Assembly (NCBI GenBank): GCA_013239625.1
Contig: MU053493.1
Location: forward strand, 1,621,793 to 1,685,792
From: Lama guanicoe
Taxonomy: Eukaryota
Direction: 5' to 3'
Length of the DNA: 64,000 nt
This document shows, piece by piece, positions 25,545-40,420 of this stretch. Made by a program: the position numbers and the translations under genes. Position 1 is the stretch's first letter. Each line of letters opens with the position of its first letter. The notes under the pieces were generated by a model. That model was given only the letters and a program-made list of their open reading frames with translations. It made no database searches and had not been told where the DNA came from.

Positions 25545-26450
25545 AGAAGACTTAAACAGACATTTCTTCAGTGAAGACTTCCAGATGGCCAACAGGCACA
25601 TGAGAAGATGCTCAAAATCACTAATTATCAGATAAATGCAAATTAAAACTACACTGAGGTATCACCTTACACTGATCAGAATGGCCATCATTAAAAAGCC
25701 CACAAACAATAAATGCTGGAGAGGGTGTGGAGAAAAGGGAAGCCTCCTACGCTGTTGGTGGGAATGTAAATTGGTGTAGCCACTACGGAAAACGGTATGG
25801 AGATTCCTTTAAAAACTAAAGATAAACTTACCGTATGATCCATCAATCCCTCTCCTGGGCATATATCTGGAGAAAATGCTAATTCAAAAAGATACATGCA
25901 CTCCAATGTTCACAGAGGCACTATTTACAATAGCCAAGACATGGAAGCAACCTAAATGTCCACTGACAGATGACTAGATGAAGAAGCTGTGGTATAAAAT
26001 ATACAATGGAGTAGTACTCAGTCATACACAAGAATAAAATGATGCCATTTGCAGCAACATGGATGAACCTAGAGATTGTCATACTAAGTGAAGTGAGTAG
26101 GAAGACAAATATCATATGGTATCAATTATTTTTGGAATCTAAAAAAATGATACAAATGAACTTATGTACGAAACAGAAACAGACTCACAGACATAAAACA
26201 AATTTATGGTTACCAAATGGGGAAAAGGGGTAAATTAGGAGTTTGGGATTAGCAGATACAAACTATTATATATAAAATAGGTAAACAACAAAGTTCTACT
26301 GTTTAGCACAGGGAACCATATTGAATAGCTTGTAATAACTAGAATATGAAAAAGAATATATGTGTGTATAACTGAATCACTATGCTGTACTGTATGCCTG
26401 AAACTAACACATTATAAATCAACTATACTTCAATTAAAACAAAAACAAAA
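25545..26450 (+). mobile_element. Relatively young 5'-truncated LINE-1
   Basis: L1 ORF2 end plus 3' UTR and A tail; flanking repeat ataaag(c/a)tgc(c/t)at. Confidence 0.9.
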
Positions 26451-26671
26451 ACACATAAAGATGCTATGAGCATTTCTGTACAGGATTTTGTGTTAACGTA
26501 AGTTTTTTATTTCTCTGTGACAAATGTCTAGGATTGCACTTGCTGGGTCATAATTATCTCAAATATTTGGTTGTCTTTATCAAAAGTCTTTTTTTTCTAA
26601 TTTAATATAAACATTTGCAGAAAACAAAGGACCCTTCAATGGAGAGGCTAGGAAAGTGAGAGTAGGTTTAA

Positions 26672-27031
<360 letters not shown>

Positions 27032-27843
27032 TAACCCCAACTCTTGTTTGATTGTCTGGAGAGGACTCAGTGAGACCTTAGCTACCTACCAAATCGTGCT
27101 TATTGAGCTACGCTGTGATGCTTTGCCCCAAGTTCACAAGAAGAGTGGACCCGAGAAACAGCCCTGCAGCTGTGTTCTTGGTGATGGGACCACGCCATCC
27201 AGTGGTTCTCATTCCTTGTAATTACTGTCATACTTCTTAAATGTCTGAACAGGAAACACATTCCTCACTTAAAGACTTAGTATGATTCCTTCTATCAACG
27301 AAGTACTCTGTGATCATTCAATATCTCTGTAACTCTGGGTCTCACACAGACCAGGGGGGGAAGTCTCTGGAAAGGCTGGCAGGAGCCGTCTGCTCTCAAC
27401 AGGACAACCCTCCCCCTGTGCTGGTCCAGGGGGCACGGCCCTGCAGGGAAGCTGCCACTGTCCAGAGGATGCTGAGGTCAAGCTAAAGAAAAAAGAATAA
27501 ACCTCAGCCAGATGAAACGATCATAACAACTGGTTAAAATTAAAATAAAACTGATATCATTTCTTGGCACATGTTCATATTCCAGCAATTCTTATTGCCA
27601 AGCAATTGTCGAATGATCCTAAGAATTATTTTGTTGTAACCATTACTGGTAAGATTGGGAAAGACAATCCAGTCCTGCGAAATGCTCATCATAAATCATA
27701 ATTAAAGGGACTGTGAGGCTGCATAAGTGGTAAGAATGAGGTGGCCTGTATGAGGAGTTGTGGGTTTCCGGGGATCAGCTCCCCGGCTGATGGCTGTCAC
27801 ATTTCAACTGTCCTGGCCGTGTGCATGTTCACACCACCCAGCC

Positions 27844-27953
27844 TCCCCTGGCCGTGTGACTTGTGGGCTTCCCTTTGTCATCCTTTGCCCAGGGCTCTGA
27901 GTGGGGCAGGGACAGCAAAGGGGTGCTCAGTCGTCACCTCCCACAGCACGGAG
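27844..27953 (+). ncRNA. MIR211: pre-miR-211 hairpin (5p about 27869-27890 UUCCCUUUGUCAUCCUUUGCCC; 3p about 27906-27926)
   Basis: The 5p arm carries the miR-204/211 seed UCCCUUU and pairs with GCAGGGACAGCAAAGGGGUGC. It lies in the TRPM1 intron known to host miR-211. Confidence 0.97.
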
Positions 27954-28586
27954 CTTCAGGGGTCCAGCCTCAACCACGAAGAACCAGCTTTCCGCTGTCC
28001 CTAGAAAAGGTGATTTGGCCACTGTAGTCCTGAAGATCTAGAATGCCAGGCCTTGCTGGGGTTGGACATCTGAAGGGCGGGGTCCATGTCGTCTTGGCCA
28101 GGGCTTGCCTGGCACAGAGCAGACCCTCAACACATAACTGCTGCAATGAATCCACCAGAGATTACTCCGGGAGGAGGTGGTAAAGTTTTTCAAAACGTTT
28201 AAGAGCTCCTGACTGTTGAAATGCATTGTGGAAGCAAACCAGAAACTCTGAATTCCCCCACTTGAAATTCTTAGAACTTCTTCCAACAGGGCTGGCAGAT
28301 TTTATCTGAAGGCCTTCAGAACCGTGAGACCAGGGACATGTCTCCTATTTGCCATCTGTTAACATTGATTGAGTAACTTCCAACACAACAAATGGACACC
28401 TGGTGAAACATGCTCAGAATATAGTCTGTTGTGTCCAGTTTGGCATGAAATTGGGAAGTAGGCAAATTGGTCTCTGCCGTTCCTCCCCTCCCACTATCTT
28501 CCCTCTCCAGAATCTCAGCTTTTTGTGATGCTCCTTCTTCCCAGAGTCCACCCTTCTGGTTCTTCCGCCAAAAGTTAGCTTGTCCT

Positions 28587-28740
28587 GGAGGGCGGCAATA
28601 GCTCAGTGGTTGAGAGTGCGTGCCTAGCATACATGAGTTCCTGGGTTCAATCCCCGGTACCTCCACCAAAGGTAATAAATAAATAGAAAAACCTAATTAT
28701 TTCCCCCCAAAAAGATTAAAAATTTAAAAAAAATTTTTTT
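28587..28740 (+). mobile_element. tRNA-derived SINE
   Basis: Flanking repeat aagttagc(t/c)tgtcct. Confidence 0.87.
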
Positions 28741-29194
28741 AAGTTAGCCTGTCCTACCGTATTCCCAAAGAGTTCTATTACCCTTTAGAGACAGTGGGAG
28801 GACTCTGGGGACATATTATTGACTGACAGGCTAATGATGGTCCATGGACCTGCCTTTTGAGATGACTCACTGCCTGTTCCAGGCACTGCAGGTAGAATCA
28901 GCAACTACTACAATATTCCACATTTATCCACCACTTGAGGTTTACAAAATACCTTGACAGCCAATCATTTTCTTATCTTACCCTTTATACCTGTTGCTCC
29001 TTTAGGAGGTAAAAGAGGCACGCTAATGATTCACCTTTTACGGATGGCCCTCTGTAGTTCAGGGCAGCCTGTTGATTGGCCCCACGTCTTCAGGCTAATA
29101 CGTGAGAGGCCAGATACCTCTCACCGTGTCATTCTTTAAGGGACAGACACCCAGGGTGGAAATCTCACCTTGGGCAGGGAAATAGGCAGGCTTG

Positions 29195-29348
29195 TTGGTT
29201 TTTTGTTTGTTTTGAGGCAGGGGGGTAATTAACTAGATTTATATATCTGTAGAGGAGGTACTGGGAATGGAACCCAGGACCTCATGCATGCTAAGCACGC
29301 ACTCTACCACACGAGCTATGCTCTGCAACTTGAGCTCTACCCTCCCCA
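29195..29348 (-). mobile_element. tRNA-derived SINE
   Basis: Reverse-complement A/B boxes. Confidence 0.8.
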
Positions 29349-29693
29349 CCAGTAGGCGGCTATTCTTTTAGCAAGAAGAATCTTCGGTGTTGCTCACATC
29401 TCACCTTGAAGTAGCCCGTCAACCAGGTGAGTTACATGTGGAGTTTAATCACACATGATTTGGAAAGTTCGTGATTTTTAGGCTCTGGTTTTTCCAGTAA
29501 AGTCATAATGTGGGATTTGAATAAAAGAATGAAAGCAGCCATCACATCCTGAGTTCCCCCAGGTCTCCGGTGAACACTAGGTCCACATAAGCATTCACCC
29601 AGGCACAAGGGTTTTCCTCTTCACCATGTTTCAGAGGGAGCAAGCGGGAGGGGTTGTGACCGTGGTCTGAGTGTGCATGTGTGTGTGTTGCAG

Positions 29694-29868
29694 GACTGGG
29701 GCAGGGTGTGCCCGTCGTGGCCCTCGTGGTGGAAGGGGGTCCTAACGTGGTTTCCATCGCCTTGGAATATCTCCGAGAAGACCCTCCAGTCCCCGTGGTG
29801 GTCTGCGACGGCAGCGGCCGGGCTTCGGACATCCTGTCTTTCGCACACAAGTGCTCTGAAGAAGGCGG
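29694..29868 (+). CDS. TRPM1: TRPM1 coding exon 6/25: [16 protein letters not shown]...HKCSEEG
   Basis: ttgcAG|GA ... GCGG|GTAGGA, 175 nt. Confidence 0.96.
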
Positions 29869-30219
29869 GTAGGATTTCTGACATGTTTCAAAGGGCGGGT
29901 CTTCAACTTCCCAGAGGAAATCATGATCCCTTTAGCCATCCCAAAAACACAAAATGGAAAAGATTTACTAGCTCTCCTCTCCCACTTCCCAAGATCAGCA
30001 TGTGAGGAGGCTTTCAGGACCATGATGTTTCTTACGAACTCCTTCTCGGTGGGGGAGATACGCTGTCTTCCAACTCCATTTTCCCTTATAAAGTTTTCAA
30101 CAAGCCTGGAATTTAGGACTAGTGTGAACGTAATTTTTGACCATAGTCCCTTTTTGTCTTCCAATCCAGGATATCCTCCAATGGTAAAGTCCCGAATCAA
30201 AGATACCAGATGGACCTAA

Positions 30220-30429
<210 letters not shown>

Positions 30430-30877
30430 TGATTTCCAAACCAGCATCGCGTAGAGAATTCGGTTTCCTTTCTAATTCTGCCCATATGTGTGCAGGATCG
30501 AGTAGTTTAAATTTTAGTTCACCCTTTTCCAAGAGGCGCTTTCCAGATCCTGACCCGACTGGCATTTCGGTCCGTGTGAGGGAGGCAGGATAAGAACAGG
30601 TAGATTCTCTTCAGAGGAGGGACCGGGGTGCTTTCAGATCCTGTAAATGTCAGGTGACGTCAGGCTACCTCCCACCAATTCTGAGGCTCATGATATCAAT
30701 CAGATTTAAAGCATTGAGCAGGGACATATACCATGATTTTCGGTGTGCACACACAATTCTACACTTCACTTTCCGAATACACTAATACGTCCCACTCTTT
30801 ACCCCCTTGATTATGCTTATAAGGACTAGGCACTCTGGTGGCACACAGAAGAGAGCCTCTTCAAAATTCTAAATCCA

Positions 30878-30985
30878 GGGAGAGGGAAAGAGCTCAGTGA
30901 CAGGGCGTGCTTAGCATGCATGAGGTCCTGGGTTCAATCCCCAGTACCTCCACTAGAAAAAAAAAATCTAATTAAAGAAAAAAAT
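30878..30985 (+). mobile_element. tRNA-derived SINE
   Basis: A/B boxes, A tail. Confidence 0.85.
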
Positions 30986-31372
30986 GTTCTCTGTAGCAAC
31001 AAATACCATTAGCAAAGTGAAATAGACAAACTATAGACTGGGGAAAAAATTCTGAATCTACAAGTTTCCTACAAACACATCAAATCTGAGTAAAGATGAT
31101 TTTGTCACCTCGGAGAGGCATTTCGATATTGGAATCTACATCCACTGAATGGGCTCCCTTGGCTCCGGAGAGGGTAAATAATAAAATAAGACCCAGGCAA
31201 GGATTCCAAATCCAGGATGAGCGATGCTTTCACTGATGGAAATCCAAAGCTCCTGATGTAAAATTGTTTTGCTCTCCCGGTCATCTCGTTAAACTCAGCC
31301 TCCATGTTTCTACTTTTAACAACTTTCCGACTCTCCCTCCCATTTTCCACTTGGCTTTACTTGGTCTTTTGA

Positions 31373-31627
<255 letters not shown>

Positions 31628-32253
31628 TAAAAAGGTGAGGCTCAAATGGGTTTCTTGGGAGGGGTCTTTTCCATGGGGACACATGGACCATGATGGGCTG
31701 AAGTCAAGGACCAGTTTCCGTTGGCAACTAGTTCATTACAGGTTTGAACTCACAGAGGGTAAATGTGAAACGGTTTTTCATTTGCGATCCCGGTATTCTG
31801 CCGTGCCCTATCTGATTTCCCTAGCTTGCTCCTAATGACAGTCCCTGCCAGGGACAACCTGGCCACTCACAGGGTCCCTCTAGAACACACCCTTCCCCCT
31901 ACCTCTCTTCTACATTGAGAAGGGGAGGGGCAGGGGCAGGAGGAAGGGGGAGGAGTCAGCATCTGGGCGCCTGCCTAGGGGCGCATCTTCCAGTGATCAG
32001 GGCTGGCGCTCTTGGGCGGTGCTCCCCCTCGGCCTGGCCAATGTCTGGACAGTCCCAGGGCTCCTGCCCTCTTGCAGATGAGGGCCCCAGAGTCCCTGGC
32101 TTCCTCCCCGTTCCTCCCAGGGAGACCATGCTGAGATGGCATGGAAAGAAGTTGCCTTCTCCCTCCCCCTAGGCAGCCCTTGAGAATACAAAGTCCTCAG
32201 CTTTGGGAGCCTGAGTGATCACTCAGGGGGAGGAGAAAAAGCAGCCTGCTTAA

Positions 32254-32478
<225 letters not shown>

Positions 32479-32642
32479 TGATGTATTCGTACGTCCTCCC
32501 TGGTGTCAGGATCTCAGGACGTTATCTGGAGCTTCTGATGCCCCAGCTGTAATCCTTAACATTATCAGACATTGCTATTCAACTTCAAAGAACCAGCAAG
32601 AAGTAAGAGCTGCGAGCACTAACTTCAGATTCAAACCAGTCT

Positions 32643-32940
32643 TCTTTTTTTTTTTAATTTTTACTTTTTATTGAAATGGAGTTGATTTACAATGTTAGTT
32701 TCAGGTGTACAGCAAAGTAATTCAGTTATACACATACATACATATATATTTTCTTTTCAGATTCTTTTCCATTATAGGTTATTACAAGATATTACGTATA
32801 ATTCCCTGTGCTATATAGTAGATCCTTGTTGTTTATCTGTTTTATATATAGTAACGTGTGTATATGTTAATCTCAAACTCCTAATTTATCCTTGCCCCTC
32901 CTTTCCCCTTTGGTAACAATAGTTGTTTTCTATGTCCATG
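32643..32940 (-). mobile_element. LINE-1 3' end fragment
   Basis: T run, then the antisense of the L1 3' UTR seen at 26200-26440. Confidence 0.85.
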
Positions 32941-33127
32941 ATCTAACCAGTGCTCCTGAAGTAAGAGCCACTGAATATTTCATCATTGATGGTGAACATA
33001 GGGGTTTTCCCCACCCTTTTAAAGAAAAAGAAGAAAGAAAATAGCTCATTAAAATGAAATATAATCATTGCATTGAAAGTATTAATGTTTCAAACTCTGT
33101 TTCATGAAACCCCAGTGGCCTACGGAA

Positions 33128-33430
33128 CTGTGTGTGTGTGTTTGTGTGTGTGTGTGTGACCTTTGTATGTGGTCTTTGGGGTGTGGTGTGTATGTGTGTG
33201 GTTTGATGTATTGTGTGTGTCTCTGTGTGTAGCATGTGTACAGGGTGTGTGATGTGTGTGTGGATGGATGTGTGCCATGTGACGTACATAGGCTATGGTT
33301 TAGCATATGTGTGGTGCGTGGGATCTGTGTGTGTGGAGTACATATAAGGAAATTCACGTGTGCGTGTGTCTATGTGTGCGTGCACGTGTGTGTGTGGCTG
33401 TACGTGAGTGTGGTGTAAGGGTGTGTGTGC
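33128..33430. repeat. Degenerate (TG)n low-complexity tract
   Basis: About 300 nt of interrupted TG repeats. Confidence 0.9.
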
Positions 33431-35134
33431 ATAATGAGCACATGTGATCAGCTGCCCTTAGCCTCCCACTCCTTCAGTCAAAGCAGCTTCTTTGATGGGT
33501 TTTGTAGATTGGGACTCAGGGTAAATTTTTGTTTGCAAAAAGGGCTCTGTTCCTTCAAAAGGGGATTGGAATATCTAGAGTTCATGTTGGGCCTGAAAAA
33601 CCATATTTCTCAAAACATGCCTGGCATATCACCACAAAATGCATTTTTTTTCACAATTATCTTAAATGTGGTTTGAAAAGCAGATCACAAAGCAGAGCAT
33701 CCTGTAAAAGTGGAGCCCTTGTGCCCCATCTCCCAAAGGCACGTAACTGTCTCCGTGATCTGGTTTCCTGGCCGGTGCCTCTGTAAGTTGACGGGTAGAC
33801 GTGATTAATCACGGGCAGACGTGTCCTTCAGTTCTCTACTCAGAAACAGAAAGAAGTAGCTCATTTGTACTGTCTGCCCTGCCTGCCCCTCCCAGGTTTG
33901 ATAACTCTATGTTTAATTCTTTTATTGTCTTGATAGCTTTAAACCATCTGCATGTTTCATCAACTTTAGTCTCCCATGTTGTAAAATGAAGATGTTAGTA
34001 GCTCTATCCTTGACCTTCCTTTCCTGATACCGTCCACATCCCTGCTTCAATCAGCCTCACCTTCTCATGGAGACAGTTAACATTTACATGTTGTTCTGAA
34101 ATCCTCATTCAGGTTTGTTTACAGCTCACTCTTTCATAGGAGTCCTTTTTATATTTATATTTATTTTTATTTTTTAACCACGTGATGGATATTTGCTTCC
34201 AGTTCTTGCCTGAGAACAATGAATAGTGTTGCTAGGAACATTAATGTGCAAGTTTTGTGTGGACATATGTTTCCATTTCTCTTCAGCAGTTACATCTTTT
34301 CTTTAACACTCGTCAATCCTGAGGGGAACAGGAGTTGGACAGGAAAGGGAATAAAGTTTCGGATAGAGAGATTAATCATACACTCAGCAAGGGAACTCGT
34401 TTTTACGGGGACTTGGTTTCAGCAGCAGCAAATGGTACAACTAAGCTCTGACTTTCTTGAACCAAAACCCAACTTTTAAAAAACACTCTGTTTTTACTGA
34501 CTCATCCACTTCACAAATGTTGGCCAACCACTCCCTGTGTGCCAAGCCCTATGCTAGGCTCTGGGGACACCTGGGTGACTAAAACAGAATGACTACAGCC
34601 TTTACACGTTTCTCTGTGTGGTGTCTGGTAGACATAGGGGAGGAGGGAGGCAGGTAGGAAGCAGGTAATCAACCAAATAAATACTGGATTGTAAATTGGA
34701 GTAAGTGCTAAGAAGGAAGATGCACATTTCCTTGAGAGAGAAGTGGGGGAACTAATCCTTATGGAGACACCAGGGAAGACCTTTCTGGTAAAGTGGAGCT
34801 AGCTAATTTGGGAATGGTTTAGCTGGGTATTTCATGCTCAGGGGCTCTAATGAGGCTGCAGCCCAGTCTCCCTATAGGCTAGGGCTGCATTCATTCAATA
34901 GCTTGACTGGGGCTGGAAGATCCACTTCACAATGGCTCACTATATAGATGGTGAGTTGAGTCTGGCTGTTGACTAAGGGTATCAGTTCCTCTCCTTGTGG
35001 GTTATTGACAGGGCTGCTTGAAGGCTTCACAATATGTGGTTAGCATTTTTTGCTTTTTCCTTCTGACCTTTTCCTTTGTTTTGGTTTGGTTTTTTCCAAC
35101 TACTGTATCACCTTGTTTTTGCTTTGTTCCCAAT

Positions 35135-35872
35135 TTTTTTATTGTGGTAAAAGATATTTAAGTGAAATTCACCATCTTAACCATTTTTAAGACTGCAGTT
35201 CAGTGCTATTAAGTACATTTACATTGTTGTGCAACCATCACCACCATCCATCCACAGGACACTTTCTGTTTTACAAAACTGAAACTCTGCACCCATTAAA
35301 CACTAACCTTGCATTTCCCTCCACCAGCCCTTGGCATCTCCTTTCTGCTTGATGTCTCTATGAATTTAACTACTCTTATGCTCTTCATGCAAGTAGAATT
35401 CTGCAATATTTATCCTTTTGTGATTGGCTGGTTTCACTGAACATAATGTCCTCCAGGTTCATCCATTCTGTGGCATGTGTTAGAGTTTCCTTCCTTTTTA
35501 AGGCTTAATAATATTCCATTGTATGTATAGATCACATTTTGCTTATCCATTCAATTACTGATGGACACTTGGTTGCTGCTACCTTTTGGCTATTTTAAAT
35601 AATGCTGCTCTGAATATGGGGGTACAAATGTCTCTTCAAGACCCTGTTTTCAATTCTTTGGGGCATCTACCCAGATGTGGAATTGCAGGATCATAGGGTA
35701 ATTCTATTTTTAATTTTTTGAGGAGCTGCTAAACTTTTCCATAGTAGCTGCACCATTTTACATTCCCTCCAATAGTGCACAGGGATTCCAATTTCTCCAC
35801 ATTCTAGTCAAGTCTCATTGTTTTTAATAGGGTCATCCTAACAGGTGTGAGGTTGTATCTTATGGTGGTTTT
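35135..35872 (-). mobile_element. LINE-1 3' portion
   Basis: Antisense L1 3' UTR motifs, similar to 5630-6300. Confidence 0.85.
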
Positions 35873-35899
35873 GAGATAGATCGATAGATAGATAGATTG

Positions 35900-36345
35900 G
35901 TCAATCACAGTGGAATAATACTCAGCCATAAAAAAGAATGAAATAATGCCATTTGCAGCAACATGGATAGATCTAGAGATTATCATACTAAGTGAGGTCA
36001 CACAGAGAAAGACAAATATTATGATATCATCTATATGTGGAATCTAAAAAAAATGACACAAATGAAGTTATTTACAAAACAGAAACAGACTCATAGGAAA
36101 CAAACTGGTTACCAAAGGGGGAAGGTGGGAGAGAGAGAAATTAGGAGTTTGGGATTTATACTAACTACTATATATAAAATATATAAAATAAGTAAACAAC
36201 AAAGTCCTATTGTATAGCACAGGGAATTCTAGTCAATACCTTGTAATACTCTATAATGAAAAAGAATATGGAAAAGAATATATATATGGCAACTGAATCA
36301 CTATACTGTGCAGAAACTAACACAACATTGTAAACCAACTATATT
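35900..36345 (+). mobile_element. LINE-1 3' end fragment
   Basis: Near-copy of 26000-26430. Confidence 0.85.
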
Positions 36346-36488
36346 GAAAAGAAGTCAACCACTTTTAGTACATAAATGCACTTTATCAGGCATATAAGTA
36401 ACAGTGGTCATGAGATCAGGGCTTTCTTCATCAGATAGCTGTGTGTGTGTGTACCCACAAGGAGGCGTGCCTGTGCACAAGTCTGTGA

Positions 36489-36944
<456 letters not shown>

Positions 36945-37592
36945 TGAAGCATCCAATACTGATCAGTATTTCAAGGGGCTGTTAGGGTGTCCCAGTCGCC
37001 GAGCATCCCTGCTGTGGGAGAGAACAAAATCACTTGGGAAGGAGGCCTGGGCACCTTGCCCAGCAGTGCCTCTCACTGACTGGCAGACACGCAGGTGTTT
37101 GATGCGGGGAAACAAACCGACAGTTACCGAATGCATGCAACTCAGGAACTAAAGTCGGAGCCCATGGTTGGGATGTAGGGGTAACTACAGTCGACTGGGC
37201 CGGGAAGCCAAGCCACACATCACCTGGTGGTTCCAAGCTTGCGGCTGTCAGGACACAGCGGAACAGGACGCTGGGCCTTTCTGGTGCCCTGTGACTGGCA
37301 TCATCGTAGTCACTCACCCTGGTGGCACATGGCCTGTGGGGGATGGGGCACAGAGGGAGGGGAGGGGGTCATTCTCAGTCAGGGAAACAAACTCCCTGCA
37401 GAAGGCTTCACAATATTCTGAGTTGTATCATTGTTAGAGGACAGAGACATGCAGGTTCTATTATTGTTAAAGGAAACAGAAGTAAATGATAAATCATAGT
37501 ATAAATCATAGTATATACAATGTTACACTCCACCAGCTCAGAAAGCAATGTTTATGGAGATTGGAGTTTGCAGATTTAAGTACTGAATGCAA

Positions 37593-37760
37593 TTTTGTTT
37601 TTGTTTTTTAAATTAAAAAATTTTAGGGGAGGTAATTAGGTTTATTTATCTACATATTTAATGGAAGTACTGGGGATTGAACCCAGGACCTCATTATTTA
37701 TCTATGTATTTAATGGAAGTACTGGGGATTGAACCCAGGACCTCAGCTATACCCTCCCCC
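37593..37760 (-). mobile_element. tRNA-derived SINE with an internal 52-nt tandem duplication
   Basis: Two copies of the B-box segment; flanking repeat tgcaatttt. Confidence 0.85.
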
Positions 37761-38051
37761 ATTGCAATTTTATTTTAAAAAGAATGCGACAACTTACATG
37801 GTGTTTCTTTCTCATGTTTATATTACAAGAAAAGCTAATCAACTCTTTTATTTACTTTTTTTTTTAACCCTGGAAACTGGAGAGCAATGCCAGTTTGGCT
37901 GTAATTTTGAATCCTTTCCAATTGGTTTTTAATATGTCAAACTTTGATGCATTAATAAGACACGTGGGGGCAAACCAAGGAGGAAGGAGGGGGCGATGGG
38001 GAGTGTTTACTCGGGACAAAGAGCAAAGAGAGCCTTGTGCAGATGTTCTAG

Positions 38052-38366
<315 letters not shown>

Positions 38367-39012
38367 TGAACAGCAACTGTTCTCACCTGACATCGGCCAG
38401 CAGCAGCTCCCATCCTTACCAACCTCCGCCAGGCTGGCCAGCCGCTTCTATCTGTAGTATTAATTCAGAGGTGGTCCGTGAGGACTAGTTTATATGTGAC
38501 ATAATCCAGCTCCCGAAATTATTAGCTGAGTGAAAAGTTACCCGGGTGAGCCCTCATGAGTTCCTGCGGACTCCCACTTTTGATGAGGCTGTGATGAAAA
38601 ATGTAAAACTAAGTTTTCACAGCAGAGAGCTCCAGATACTAGAAGGAAAGTGCATAAAATCCTTGTGGCTTGTCTTATTACAATGTGAATTTGCTTTTCC
38701 TTCCCTGTTCTGAAAAGTTAAGTAGCCCAAATGGTCCTTGGCAGTGGCTTGCTAAAACTCAGGGAACTCTTAACACATTATTGTACATCGGAAGATGCTC
38801 TTTAAAATCATTCGATAAAAGACATTTAACATATTTCTGAACATGCAAGATACTTTTTAGCCACAACCAGTCCTGTCCCGTAAAAGAAATGGGCTGCGAG
38901 TGGGTTACCTCCCAAATCTCACAATTCATTAATTCTAGAAAGTAGAATAGGGTTTTGCTCCAAGACTTAAAGAGGAAAACATATTTATTATGGCTGAATG
39001 TTTCTCTTTCAG

Positions 39013-39063
39013 AGACTGGGTCCACCAAACACACTTCATTTGCTGGTGAGGGATGTAAAAAAG
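39013..39063 (+). CDS. TRPM1: TRPM1 coding exon 12/25: RLGPPNTLHLLVRDVKK
   Basis: tttcAG|AGA ... AAG|GTCAGT, 51 nt. Confidence 0.95.
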
Positions 39064-40044
39064 GTCAGTCTGCTCTGGTTTTTTTATTTGTTCTTTTTTT
39101 TTTAATTCTGCTGTTTTATCATCATTTACCTGTTGACATCTTTCAATAGGACATTTTTAAAAGTAATTTTTAAATTTCCAAATGTATTGTCATCTTATTG
39201 GAGGCATAAGAAACAATGAATTCCTCTCTCCAGAAAAAGAGTTTACTTTAAAAAAAAATGTTTAATCTTCTTTAAGTGTAATGTTCATCCCACACACGAT
39301 GGGTGGGCACTGAGTGCCTGATTACTCGTTGGCACCGTTACCAAGGCAGGGGCCCTGGCCCGGGGCGGGCTCCTTCCTGCTCCCCTGCTTCTCCCTAGTC
39401 TGCATCTCCTTTAAGATCTGCCCCTCACTCCTTTCCTGAGCCTCTTTCCAGAAGTCCTAGCAGGACTGGCGTCACGTCAGTGTGCGTGTTCTGTGGACTG
39501 GGGCAGTTGTGTTGCTCTTGGCCCTTTCGGTGTCCTCGTTAGTAAGTGAGAGAAGCTTTCTCCCCTTCCCAGAGCTGCCAACGACGGCCAGTCCATGTTC
39601 CTGTAAGGCCCGGCAAGCTCGCTGTTCTGCTGTTTCTTGAGTCACGTCGCCACAGGCTGGAGAATCAAACCAGGTTAACACAGAGTGACTCATGCCGCCA
39701 GAACGCAGCCCCGGGCGGGCAGAGTGCAGGACATGTGTTCCTGTTCTGAGCAAGAGGAAAGAACTCCGGGGAGAGAGTGGGGCCTTCAGTCAGAGTCCCA
39801 GATTGTCTGTCACACTTCATACAAATATCTAATTCAAATACTGTGAGATTTTGGCTTTTACAACCAACACTCTCTGGATCAGAGCAGAATCTGTGGCGCA
39901 GGGAACCAGTAGGGACCAGTGCCCTTGGTTCCCACTTTCCCAGATTTCTTAGATTGGAAAGTGCTCATGTTGAAAAGCCACAGCTGTTCAAGTTCAGATT
40001 TCACCCGGATGGCTTCAGTAATCTTCTCTGTACTACTCAGGCAT

Positions 40045-40420
40045 AAGAAAAGAATGAAATAAGGCCATTTGCAGCAACATGGATGGACCTAGAGATGATC
40101 ATACTAAGTGAAGTAAATCAGAGAAAAACAGATATCACATGATATCACTTATATGGAGAATCTAAAAAAATAAAATGACATGAATGAACTTATTTACAAA
40201 ACAGAAACAGACTCACAGACGTAGAGAACCTTATGGTTACCAAAGGGGAAAGGGCGGGACATAAATTAGGCATTTTGGATTAGGAGATACAAACTACTAT
40301 ATGTAGAATAGATAAAAAAAAAATAAGGCCCTACTGTATAGCACAGGGAACTATATTCAATATCTTTTGTAACTATAATGAAAAAGAATGCGAAGGAATA
40401 TATGTATGTATGTGTATGAA
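40045..40420 (+). mobile_element. LINE-1 3' end fragment
   Basis: Near-copy of 26030-26370. Confidence 0.85.

Noticed and set aside
33065..33418. His/Thr-rich and Val/Cys-rich ORFs
   Set aside because: Translations of the (TG)n low-complexity tract.
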